DNA of 32,000 nt, taken from contig NC_009483.1 in NCBI RefSeq assembly GCF_000016745.1, positions 3,690,001 through 3,722,000 on the forward strand. The letters run 5' to 3'. The notes beneath the pieces were generated by a model. That model had not been told where the DNA came from. It worked only from the letters and a program-made list of their open reading frames with translations, and did no database searches. The position numbers and the translations under genes were made by a program. This document shows, piece after piece, positions 1 to 8,868 of the stretch. Every line of letters begins with the position of its first letter. The first letter of the stretch is position 1. This DNA comes from Geotalea uraniireducens Rf4. Its GTDB lineage: Bacteria > Desulfobacterota > Desulfuromonadia > Geobacterales > Geobacteraceae.

Positions 1-1450
1 ACAACTCGTAAGGCAATTTTACCCAGTCGGCGGTCATGCCGTCAAGGGAATTGACCGCCCTCAGGGCCACGGTGTTTTCGTAGGTTCGGGCATCTCCCAT
101 GACGCCGACGGTCTTCACCGGCAACAGCACGGCAAAGGATTGCCAGATTTCCCGGTAGAGCCCTGCTTTTCTGATCTCGTCGATAACGATGGCATCCGCC
201 TCGCGCAGGATATCGAGATTCTCCCTGGAAAGTTCGCCGATACAGCGAATAGCCAACCCCGGGCCTGGAAACGGCTGACGGTAGATGACCTCGTCCGGCA
301 TCCCCAGTTCCTTCCCCAGGAGGCGAACTTCGTCTTTGAACAGTTCGCGGACCGGCTCCAGGAGTTTCAGATTCATCTTCTCCGGCAGACCGCCCACGTT
401 GTGATGGCTCTTGATGACCGCTGACGGCCCCTTGGTGGAGACCGATTCGATGACGTCGGGATAGAGAGTCCCTTGGGCCAGGTAGTCGACCTTGCCGATC
501 TTTTTCGCCTCTTCCTCGAACAGGTAAATGAACTCATTGCCGATGATCTTCCGTTTTGTTTCCGGATCGGAAACGCCGCTCAGTTTTTCCAGGAAACGAT
601 CGCTGGCGTCCACATAATCGAGGTTGATGCGGAAATGCTTGCTGAACAGGTTGACGACTTTCTCTGCTTCACCTTTGCGGAGCAGGCCGTTGTTGACAAA
701 GACGCAATGGAGCTGGTCGCCTATCGCCTTGTGAATGAGGACCGCCACGACCGAAGAATCGACGCCGCCGGAAAGTGCGCAGAGAACCCTGCCGGTCCCC
801 ACCTTGCGGCGGATGGACTCGATCTCTGTTTCGATGAAGTTGGCCATGGTCCAGGTGGGTTCACAACCGCAGATATTGAAGAGGAAGTTGCCGAACATCT
901 CGTCGCCGCGCGGGGTGTGCACCACCTCCGGGTGGAACTGGACGCCGTAGAAATGCCGCTTCTCGTCCTTCATTGCCGCAACAGGGCAATGCTCGGTATG
1001 GGCGATCACCTGGAAACCGGCCGGCATCTCCTCGATCCGGTCGCCGTGGGACATCCAGACATCCGCAGCTCCGTCGAAACCAGCGAACAGGTCGCTCACA
1101 TCGTCAAGCTGCAAGGAAGAACCGCCGAATTCGCGCTTGTCCGAGCGCTCAACCTTTCCCCCGAGCTGCTGGGTCATCAGCTGCATGCCGTAGCAGATGC
1201 CCAGCACGGGAAGCCCCAGGTCAAACACACCGAGATCGGAGTGGGGCGCATCCTTATCGTAAACGCTGGAAGGACCGCCGGAAAGAATGATCCCCTTCGG
1301 GGCGAACTCCTTGATTTTCTCAAAACTCATGGAGTAAGGATGAATTTCGCAGTATATGCTCTGCTCCCTGACCCGCCGGGCAATCAACTGGGTCACCTGG
1401 GAGCCGAAATCAAGGATGAGAATTTTTTCGGAGTGTATGTCGGTAGTCAT
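1..1450 (-). CDS. guaA: GMP synthase (glutamine-hydrolysing); C-terminus lies outside the window
   Basis: Absent from the ORF track because the frame runs off the window. My reverse-complement translation from the ATG at 1450-1448 reads [38 protein letters not shown]... It contains the class-I amidotransferase nucleophile motif LGICYGMQ and the ATP-pyrophosphatase P-loop LSGGVDSSV. The frame stays open to position 1. The plus-strand ORFs 140-424, 473-1483, 735-950 and 973-1290 are antisense shadows of this gene. Confidence 0.93.
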   Translation of the reverse strand, partial: MTTDIHSEKILILDFGSQVTQLIARRVREQSIYCEIHPYSMSFEKIKEFAPKGIILSGGPSSVYDKDAPHSDLGVFDLGLPVLGICYGMQLMTQQLGGKVERSDKREFGGSSLQLDDVSDLFAGFDGAADVWMSHGDRIEEMPAGFQVIAHTEHCPVAAMKDEKRHFYGVQFHPEVVHTPRGDEMFGNFLFNICGCEPTWTMANFIETEIESIRRKVGTGRVLCALSGGVDSSVVAVLIHKAIGDQLHCVFVNNGLLRKGEAEKVVNLFSKHFRINLDYVDASDRFLEKLSGVSDPETKRKIIGNEFIYLFEEEAKKIGKVDYLAQGTLYPDVIESVSTKGPSAVIKSHHNVGGLPEKMNLKLLEPVRELFKDEVRLLGKELGMPDEVIYRQPFPGPGLAIRCIGELSRENLDILREADAIVIDEIRKAGLYREIWQSFAVLLPVKTVGVMGDARTYENTVALRAVNSLDGMTADWVKLPYEL

Positions 1451-1542
1451 ATATATCCTTTCAAATTTCAAACGAATTTGTAAAAAGTTCCATATGCAAG
1501 GCTTGCGAGCATAACGCCGCAGATGGACTTTTTTCGAATTCG

Positions 1543-3045
<1,503 letters not shown>

Positions 3046-3131
3046 TTAACCTGACAAGCTAGTACAGGCAGTCGCCCAAGTCAAGTTAAAAGGGGTTAAA
3101 CCTGCATACATTCTTACCCTTCTTCAGTCTC

Positions 3132-4202
3132 TCAGCTCGGGATAAATGTCTGTTTATCCGTTATTCGCGCCAGAGTCGCGACAATCAGCCTGACGGCGTT
3201 TTCCAGATCGGCCAAAGAAAGTACCTCCACAGGAGTATGCATGTAGCGGAGGGGTATTTTCACCAGGGCCGTGGCAACACCGCCGCGGGATATCTGCATG
3301 ACGTTGGCATCGGTGCCGGTCGCCCTTGGGATGCCGGTAAACTGCACCGGTATGTTCTCGCGCGCCGCCGTATCGGCAAGAAGCTCGAACAGGACAGGGT
3401 TTATGTTCGCCCCCCGCGGCAGAATCGGTCCCTTGCCGATCCCCACTTCACCGTTGTGCTTTTTATCAACGTCCGGCTGGTCAGTGGAAAAATCGACTTC
3501 GACACAGATACCGATATCAGGATTCACCGTATAGCTGCTCGTTGTTCCTCCTCGCAGCCCCACTTCCTCCTGCACCGATGACACGCCGAAGAGATCGACC
3601 GGCAGTTTTGCGCTTAACGCCGCCACCTGCCGCAACACCTCCGCAACGACAAAACTCCCCGCCTTGTCGTCGAAACCGCGGGAAGTGACCCGGTCGCCAT
3701 GAAGCTTTTCCAGGCCGACGGCAAAGGTCACCGGGTCGCCGACCCGGACCAGCGTTTCCGCCTCTTTCCTGTTAGCAGCGCCGATATCTATGTACTGGGC
3801 ATCGAGCTTCACCACGGTCTCCCGCTCCTTGGTCTCCATCAGATGGATCGGCTTCTTGCCGATCACCCCCGGAACAACCCCCTTGCAGCCATGGATATTC
3901 ACCCGCTGACCGGGGGTAATATGAGGGTCAACCCCACCGATGGCGGCGAAATAGAGAAAGCCGTTGTCGTCCAAGTACTTGACCTGAAAACCTATTTCAT
4001 CGGAGTGACCGACCAGCATGACCCGCGGCCGCTCCACACCAATGCCCTCGATGGCACCGAAGACATTACCCATGACATCGGTGCTGACTTGGGCAAAGGG
4101 GGCGATGTAAGCGCGGAATATCCGCTGGGCCGGTTGCTCGTATCCTGACGGACTGGGAGCCTCCAGCAGTTTCTGTAAAAATTCAAAGGATGCATCGCGC
4201 AT
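3132..4202 (-). CDS. M42-family metallo-aminopeptidase (FrvX/YsdC/endoglucanase-M-like)
   Basis: The sequence FLQKLLEAPSPSGYE...MLVGHSDEIGF...GFDDKAGS...QEEVGLRGG is typical of M42 peptidases. The ORF-track start at 4205 is a TTG. The next codon, ATG at 4202, sits 6 nt after a GGAGG, so I place the start there. Confidence 0.8.
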   Translation of the reverse strand: MRDASFEFLQKLLEAPSPSGYEQPAQRIFRAYIAPFAQVSTDVMGNVFGAIEGIGVERPRVMLVGHSDEIGFQVKYLDDNGFLYFAAIGGVDPHITPGQRVNIHGCKGVVPGVIGKKPIHLMETKERETVVKLDAQYIDIGAANRKEAETLVRVGDPVTFAVGLEKLHGDRVTSRGFDDKAGSFVVAEVLRQVAALSAKLPVDLFGVSSVQEEVGLRGGTTSSYTVNPDIGICVEVDFSTDQPDVDKKHNGEVGIGKGPILPRGANINPVLFELLADTAARENIPVQFTGIPRATGTDANVMQISRGGVATALVKIPLRYMHTPVEVLSLADLENAVRLIVATLARITDKQTFIPS

Positions 4203-4256
4203 CAACCACCTCCATAAAATATTTTCAAACCATCAACCGCCGACCGCCGACCGCCT

Positions 4257-4757
4257 CTACATCGGATACTTCCCCATCGCAGCAGGATCGAGATTTTCCA
4301 GAAAATCCACAAAACGGCGTGCATCGGTTTCCCGGGAAAAATGCCCTTCATTCAAATCAAGCATGGGTGCCTGCTTCACAACCTCTTCATGCACCATTAC
4401 CGGCAGTTTATACTTGAGGGCAGCCATCATCGCCTCGCTGACACGCACATCGACCAGATGTTTTTTGCTTTTGCCGCCGAACTTGACCGATGCGGCAAAC
4501 ACGCCGTCCCGCAGACTTTCGATGGCAATCTTTTCAATCCTCATCCCCATCTGCTGCATGAGAACCGTCAGCAAGTCGCCCCGCCCGCTCTGGAAAGATA
4601 TGTCCCGACTGATAAGCTCGACAGCAAGCGAGACGGATTCTTGAGTGCTGATCCAGATCGGCACCGAATTCTCACCCGCATCATCCTTCAGGATTATTAC
4701 CGGCATTTGCGCGATGGCATCCAGGGCAAAACCGAATATTTTCATCTCGTGATACAT
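4257..4757 (-). CDS. Bifunctional-nuclease (BFN/DUF151) domain protein
   Basis: The 166-aa ORF has the pattern PVIILKDDAGENSVPIWIS...GDLL...IESLRDGVFAASV...VDVRVSEAMMAAL, which matches the DUF151 fold family as I remember it. It sits immediately downstream of miaB after a 39-nt gap. Confidence 0.7.
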   Translation of the reverse strand: MYHEMKIFGFALDAIAQMPVIILKDDAGENSVPIWISTQESVSLAVELISRDISFQSGRGDLLTVLMQQMGMRIEKIAIESLRDGVFAASVKFGGKSKKHLVDVRVSEAMMAALKYKLPVMVHEEVVKQAPMLDLNEGHFSRETDARRFVDFLENLDPAAMGKYPM

Positions 4758-4796
4758 ATTACCTCACTGTTAAATAGTTTAAAACCACCAATAGCA

Positions 4797-6119
4797 CTAC
4801 CGGCAGAGCTCCCCCTGCAACGAATTCTGATCACCGCGGGTAATCATGACATTGACGATGCTTCCTACCAGGGAGACATCTGCTGCGAGGTTAACAACCC
4901 TGTTCCCCGAAGTCCGGCCGTAAAACTGTCCCCCCCGCCTGCTCTCCCCTTCGATGAGGACCTGCTGAACGGTGCCGACAAAGCTCTTGTTGGTTTCCAG
5001 GGTGATGCGCCGCTGAAGATCCAGCAAGCGGCTGAGACGCCCCTGCTTTTCATCCTGGCCGACTTCGTCTGCATATCCGGCCGCCTTTGTTTCCGGCCGT
5101 TTTGAATAGATGAAGGAGAAGACATCGGTATACCTCACCTCCTCCATGAGCGACAGGGTTGCCTGGAAATCCTCCTCCGTTTCGCCGGGGAAACCGACGA
5201 TGATGTCGCCGGTTATCTGGATCGAAGGACATGCGGCCTTCAGGCGGGCAATCGACCCGAGGTATTCCTCGCGGGTATACCCCCTGTTCATTGCCGCCAG
5301 CACCGCGTTGCTCCCCGACTGGGCAGGCAGATGAATATGTCTGCATAGTTTGGGGATTTCGGCAAAACAATCGATCAGCGGCTGAGAAAAATCCTTGGGA
5401 TGGGAAGTGGTAAAGCGGATGCGCTCGATGCCCGGGATCAGCGACACCTCTCGCAACAGGGCGATAAAGCTCATCTCGCCGGAACTTTTGAGACCGTAAG
5501 AGTTGACATTTTGACCCAGGAGGGTCACTTCCTTGACTCCATTTCCCGCCATTCCCCTGACCTCGCCGAGGATGTCTGCCGAGCGGCGGCTGATCTCCCT
5601 TCCGCGCACATAAGGGACGATGCAGTAGGAGCAGAAATTTTCACACCCCTGCATGACGGTGACGAAGCGGGAGACCCCGTCTGTCCGTTCATCAACGGGA
5701 AAGAGATCAAGCCTGGTTTCGTTGTCGATAAAACCGACTTCCGCAAGCCGCTCCCCCTTCTCCGCCGCTCTGACCAGCTCCGGCAACAGGTGAAGATTGT
5801 GGGTTCCGAATACGATGTCCAGATGTGGGACATTTGCCAGCAGCCGCTCACCCTCCTGTTGGGCAACACAGCCGCCTACCCCGAGAATGATGCCCGGTTT
5901 TTTCCGTTTCAGCCCCTTGTACTGGACAAGATGATTGTAGACCTTCTCTTCCGCTTTCGCTCTGACACTGCAGGTATTGAGAATTACAAGATCAGCCTGA
6001 GATGAGTCCTGGGTGGGAAAATAACCGATCCCTTTCAGCAGCGCTGCGATTTTTTCCGAATCACTGACATTCATCTGGCAGCCGAAAGTTTCGAGGTACA
6101 GCAGTTTTTCTCTTGTCAC
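4797..6119 (-). CDS. miaB: tRNA-i6A37 methylthiotransferase (radical SAM)
   Basis: The N-terminal UPF0004 motif is LYLETFGCQMNVSDSE. The radical-SAM cluster motif is CENFCSYC. A C-terminal TRAM-like region is present. The start codon is GTG (plus-strand cac at 6117-6119), with AGGA upstream. Confidence 0.93.
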   Translation of the reverse strand: MTREKLLYLETFGCQMNVSDSEKIAALLKGIGYFPTQDSSQADLVILNTCSVRAKAEEKVYNHLVQYKGLKRKKPGIILGVGGCVAQQEGERLLANVPHLDIVFGTHNLHLLPELVRAAEKGERLAEVGFIDNETRLDLFPVDERTDGVSRFVTVMQGCENFCSYCIVPYVRGREISRRSADILGEVRGMAGNGVKEVTLLGQNVNSYGLKSSGEMSFIALLREVSLIPGIERIRFTTSHPKDFSQPLIDCFAEIPKLCRHIHLPAQSGSNAVLAAMNRGYTREEYLGSIARLKAACPSIQITGDIIVGFPGETEEDFQATLSLMEEVRYTDVFSFIYSKRPETKAAGYADEVGQDEKQGRLSRLLDLQRRITLETNKSFVGTVQQVLIEGESRRGGQFYGRTSGNRVVNLAADVSLVGSIVNVMITRGDQNSLQGELCR

Positions 6120-6370
6120 GTTGTTCCTTTACCGCCCTGATTTGCGTTAAATAGTACGCAATTTGTCCGCACCACGTCAACTAATTTCCTCCCTTAAACA
6201 GCAGCACAACATTTACAGGTCCGACCGAATCGTTAACGTCATATAGCCGAGAACAATATAGTTATTTGGCAAAATGGGCACCGTCGCCACACATATAATT
6301 ATCTGAATATTTTGATATTATTCAAATAGGCACATATATTGCTACATCCATATAAACAGGACATTATATC

Positions 6371-6400
6371 TTGACAACATTATCCCCCTGCAAATATAGT
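6371..6400 (+). promoter_or_regulatory. Candidate sigma70-type promoter for the outer-membrane protein gene
   Basis: TTGACA (6371-6376), an 18-nt spacer, then TATAGT (6395-6400). It sits in an AT-rich intergenic region about 150 nt upstream of the ATG at 6548. This is pattern matching only. Confidence 0.35.
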
Positions 6401-6547
6401 CACGCCTTAATTAACGGCGCTCTAATCACGGTTTTTTCCATAAAAGGAGGTGATTGCTAGTTCTGGTTTATAGGCTATCAGCCGATGACAACAAATTCCC
6501 AGTAAACAGGTTTGCAGTTGTTGTAAAAAAATAGAAAAGGAGAAAAC

Positions 6548-8236
6548 ATGAAAAGCATCTCGAAGAAAATCCTGTCAAGCACTCTGCTGCTCGCCCTCTC
6601 CATGCCCCTCACAGCATTGGCCGCAGACCAGGACCTGCAACAGAAAGTCGATTCAATGTCCAAGGAACTGGAAACCCTGAAACAGCAGGTGAAAAGGACC
6701 GAGGACAAATCCCTCGGCAAATGGTTGACCATCGGCGGCGATTACCGGTTCAGGATTGACTCTTTGCAGGGAAAAACCAAAGCATTCACCGATGTGAACA
6801 GAACCTTTTCCTTTGCCCAGCAGCAAATGAATAACGGCTTTTTGTCAGATCCCGTTAATTTTGGCCCGTCAGTACTTGCATTTTCCAACTTTGCCGCTGG
6901 CATGAATCAGGTAAGGACTTTCAATGGAGCGAATGCGTTTCTTGGTAATCCAGCCAACCAGGCGATGCTTGGGCAGCTTCAGAACTTTGCACAAATGGTC
7001 CCTGCTCAAACCGTCAAGAATGACACCCTCTACACCAATCGCCTCGGCCTCGACCTCCACGCCAAGGCCACCAAGGATGTAACCGTCAATGTCCGGCTCG
7101 TTGCCTACAAGACCTTCGGCTCACTGGACGACAGTGCAGTGACCGGCAGCGGCGGCACCCCCTTCTTTGCAGACCGGGTCGGCGTATTTGACGGCACCAT
7201 CGGGCACGTTCCTTCCAGCGACTTCCTCGGCGTTGACCGCGCCTATGCCACCTGGTCCAACATCGCCGAGCAGCCTGTATGGTTCTCGGTTGGCCGCCGC
7301 CCCTCCACCAACGGCGTACCCAGCCATCTGCGGATGAACAATGAAAAACCGGGGAACGGCGGCACCCCTGCCCTGCTCGTGGACTATGCCTTTGACGGCA
7401 TGACACTCGGCTGGGCCCCGGACTTCGACATGCTCCCCGGCGCCTATGCCAAGGTCTGCTACGGCCGCGGATTTGAAGCCGGAGTTGATACGCCGAACAG
7501 TTCCGGCAATACCCTTCGTGATACCGACATGCTTGGCGTGGCGGTCATCCCTTACGACACTGACCCGCTGCGCATCAGTTTCCAATGGAACCGCGGCTTC
7601 AACATCTTCGACTTCCCGGTCATGAACAACACCGCCTTCGGCGACACCGCCCCTACAGTGGAACTCGGTTCCATAGACTGGTACGAACTGGGCGCCCTCA
7701 GCACCCAGAAAAACATTGGCCCAGGCACTCTCAACCTGTTTGGTTCTTTCGGCCTGAGCGTCACCCATCCAAACGACAATGTATCCGCCAATGCCGGTTT
7801 TCAGGGACTCTTGACCGGCCAGTTCTTCAACCCCGAGGCGCCAACCGACAAGACCGGCTGGGCCGCCTATGTGGGCGCACGTTACGACTACACCCCGACC
7901 CGCACAAAACTCGGTTTTGAGTACAACCACGGCTCCAAGAATTGGATCACCTTTGCACCGGCAGCAGACGATATGTGGACAAGCAAAGTCGGAACAAGAG
8001 GTAATGTCTACGAAGGATACGTGATCCAGGAGCTGAATCTGCAGCCGGTTTCTTCCTATCTCAGCAAGACATTTTTCCGCCTCGGCTACCAGTACTATGA
8101 CTTCGAGTATACCGGCAGCAATAACTGGGTAGGCGCTCCGCAGAAGATTGCCGATTTGCAAGCATCCAGCATGCAACTGCTGGCACCGCTGAAAAGCGCC
8201 CAGAACATCTACTTCACCTTCGAGGTTAAATTTTAA
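6548..8236 (+). CDS. Outer-membrane beta-barrel (porin-like) protein with N-terminal coiled coil; possibly DUF3373-type
   Basis: An AGGAG RBS precedes the start. The signal peptide is MKSISKKILSSTLLLALSMPLTALA/AD. A heptad-like segment, DLQQKVDSMSKELETLKQQVKRTEDKS, follows. The rest is long and rich in Gly, aromatic and Asn residues with alternating hydrophobicity. It ends in the typical OMP C-terminus YFTFEVKF. The DUF3373 family assignment is from memory and is not verified. Confidence 0.75.
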   Translation: MKSISKKILSSTLLLALSMPLTALAADQDLQQKVDSMSKELETLKQQVKRTEDKSLGKWLTIGGDYRFRIDSLQGKTKAFTDVNRTFSFAQQQMNNGFLSDPVNFGPSVLAFSNFAAGMNQVRTFNGANAFLGNPANQAMLGQLQNFAQMVPAQTVKNDTLYTNRLGLDLHAKATKDVTVNVRLVAYKTFGSLDDSAVTGSGGTPFFADRVGVFDGTIGHVPSSDFLGVDRAYATWSNIAEQPVWFSVGRRPSTNGVPSHLRMNNEKPGNGGTPALLVDYAFDGMTLGWAPDFDMLPGAYAKVCYGRGFEAGVDTPNSSGNTLRDTDMLGVAVIPYDTDPLRISFQWNRGFNIFDFPVMNNTAFGDTAPTVELGSIDWYELGALSTQKNIGPGTLNLFGSFGLSVTHPNDNVSANAGFQGLLTGQFFNPEAPTDKTGWAAYVGARYDYTPTRTKLGFEYNHGSKNWITFAPAADDMWTSKVGTRGNVYEGYVIQELNLQPVSSYLSKTFFRLGYQYYDFEYTGSNNWVGAPQKIADLQASSMQLLAPLKSAQNIYFTFEVKF

Positions 8237-8278
8237 TATTGATATATATGGTATTTTATATTATTGTAGTTTTATTGA

Positions 8279-8305
8279 GCGAGGGGGTAGCACCCCTCGC
8301 TTTCT
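8279..8305 (+). terminator. Rho-independent terminator after the outer-membrane protein gene
   Basis: The stem is GCGAGGGG (8279-8286) paired with CCCCTCGC (8293-8300). The loop is 6 nt and is followed by TTTCT. Confidence 0.6.
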
Positions 8306-8394
8306 CACGATATATTTAAAGGTATTACGGCATGGTGCCGAATATATAAAATGAATCGCGGTTCAACAATCTCAACAAGAAAAAGGAGCAGCAG

Positions 8395-8721
8395 ATGAAA
8401 AAGTTGGTTTCTCTCATGTTACTGTTCGCCATAGTCGGTCTTGCCAGCCTGTCATTCACCTCTGTCGCCAGCGCAGAAGAAGTGAAGATGGTCGGCGTCA
8501 TCACCAAGATCGAGATAGCGGGCAAAGACGCAAAAACAGCCACGGCAACGTTGAAGGACAACAAAACGGGAAATCTGGTCGTGATTACTGTTAACGATGA
8601 ATTGACACTGGACAAATTCAAGGACCACCGCATTGTCGAAGGCGATGAAATACGCTGTAAATACGAGACGGAAAACGGCAAAAACGTCAGCAAGCTTTTC
8701 AGGAAAACAGCCGGCTGTTAA
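8395..8721 (+). CDS. Small secreted protein of unknown function (about 80 aa mature)
   Basis: The AAGGAG RBS sits 6 nt before the ATG. The signal peptide is MKKLVSLMLLFAIVGLASLSFTSVASA/EE. The mature part is Lys/Thr-rich and beta-strand-like, and ends in ...TAGC. I recognise no family. Confidence 0.7.
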   Translation: MKKLVSLMLLFAIVGLASLSFTSVASAEEVKMVGVITKIEIAGKDAKTATATLKDNKTGNLVVITVNDELTLDKFKDHRIVEGDEIRCKYETENGKNVSKLFRKTAGC

Positions 8722-8760
8722 GTGGAATAGTTTGTTCTCTTTCAACACTATAATTTAAAT

Positions 8761-8793
8761 CGCTGTAGTTCGAACAATTGCAGCGTTTTTCTT
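8761..8793 (+). terminator. Rho-independent terminator after the small secreted protein gene
   Basis: CGCTG (8761-8765) pairs with CAGCG (8781-8785). Five inner pairs (two of them G-U) surround a 5-nt loop. The tail is TTTTTCTTT. Confidence 0.55.
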
Positions 8794-8868
8794 TACCGCA
8801 CATATCATTGTATTTGAATATTTATATATAATACAATTTTTACCAAACTCTATTTAACGAGGTCACCC

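Noticed and set aside
140-1483. Plus-strand ORFs 140-424, 473-1483 (336 aa), 735-950 and 973-1290
   Set aside because: They lie antisense to a clearly recognisable guaA reading frame on the minus strand. Their translations are low-complexity, rich in Arg, Ala and Pro, and have no recognisable motifs. These are typical shadow ORFs in GC-rich coding DNA.
6304-6324. The AT-rich inverted repeat TGAATATTTTGATATTATTCA as a possible Fur box
   Set aside because: My hand alignment to the 19-bp Fur consensus GATAATGATAATCATTATC gives only about 10 of 19 matches. I kept it only as a generic operator candidate inside the finding on the control region.
7086-8176. Minus-strand ORFs 7121-8176 (351 aa), 7086-7406 and 7552-7791, and plus-strand ORF 7585-7920, inside the barrel gene
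   Set aside because: These are shadow ORFs of the outer-membrane protein gene. That gene has an RBS, a signal peptide and an OMP C-terminus, while the shadow ORFs have none of these.
8328-8340. CGGCATGGTGCCG upstream of the small protein gene as a possible sigma54 -24/-12 element
   Set aside because: The GG and GC dinucleotides are not at the required spacing (TGGCAC-N5-TTGC). It is just a 5-bp palindrome.
8766-8776. A GTTCGAA motif reminiscent of a tRNA T-loop
   Set aside because: There is no acceptor, D or anticodon arm context. The motif is the loop region of the terminator hairpin at 8761-8785.
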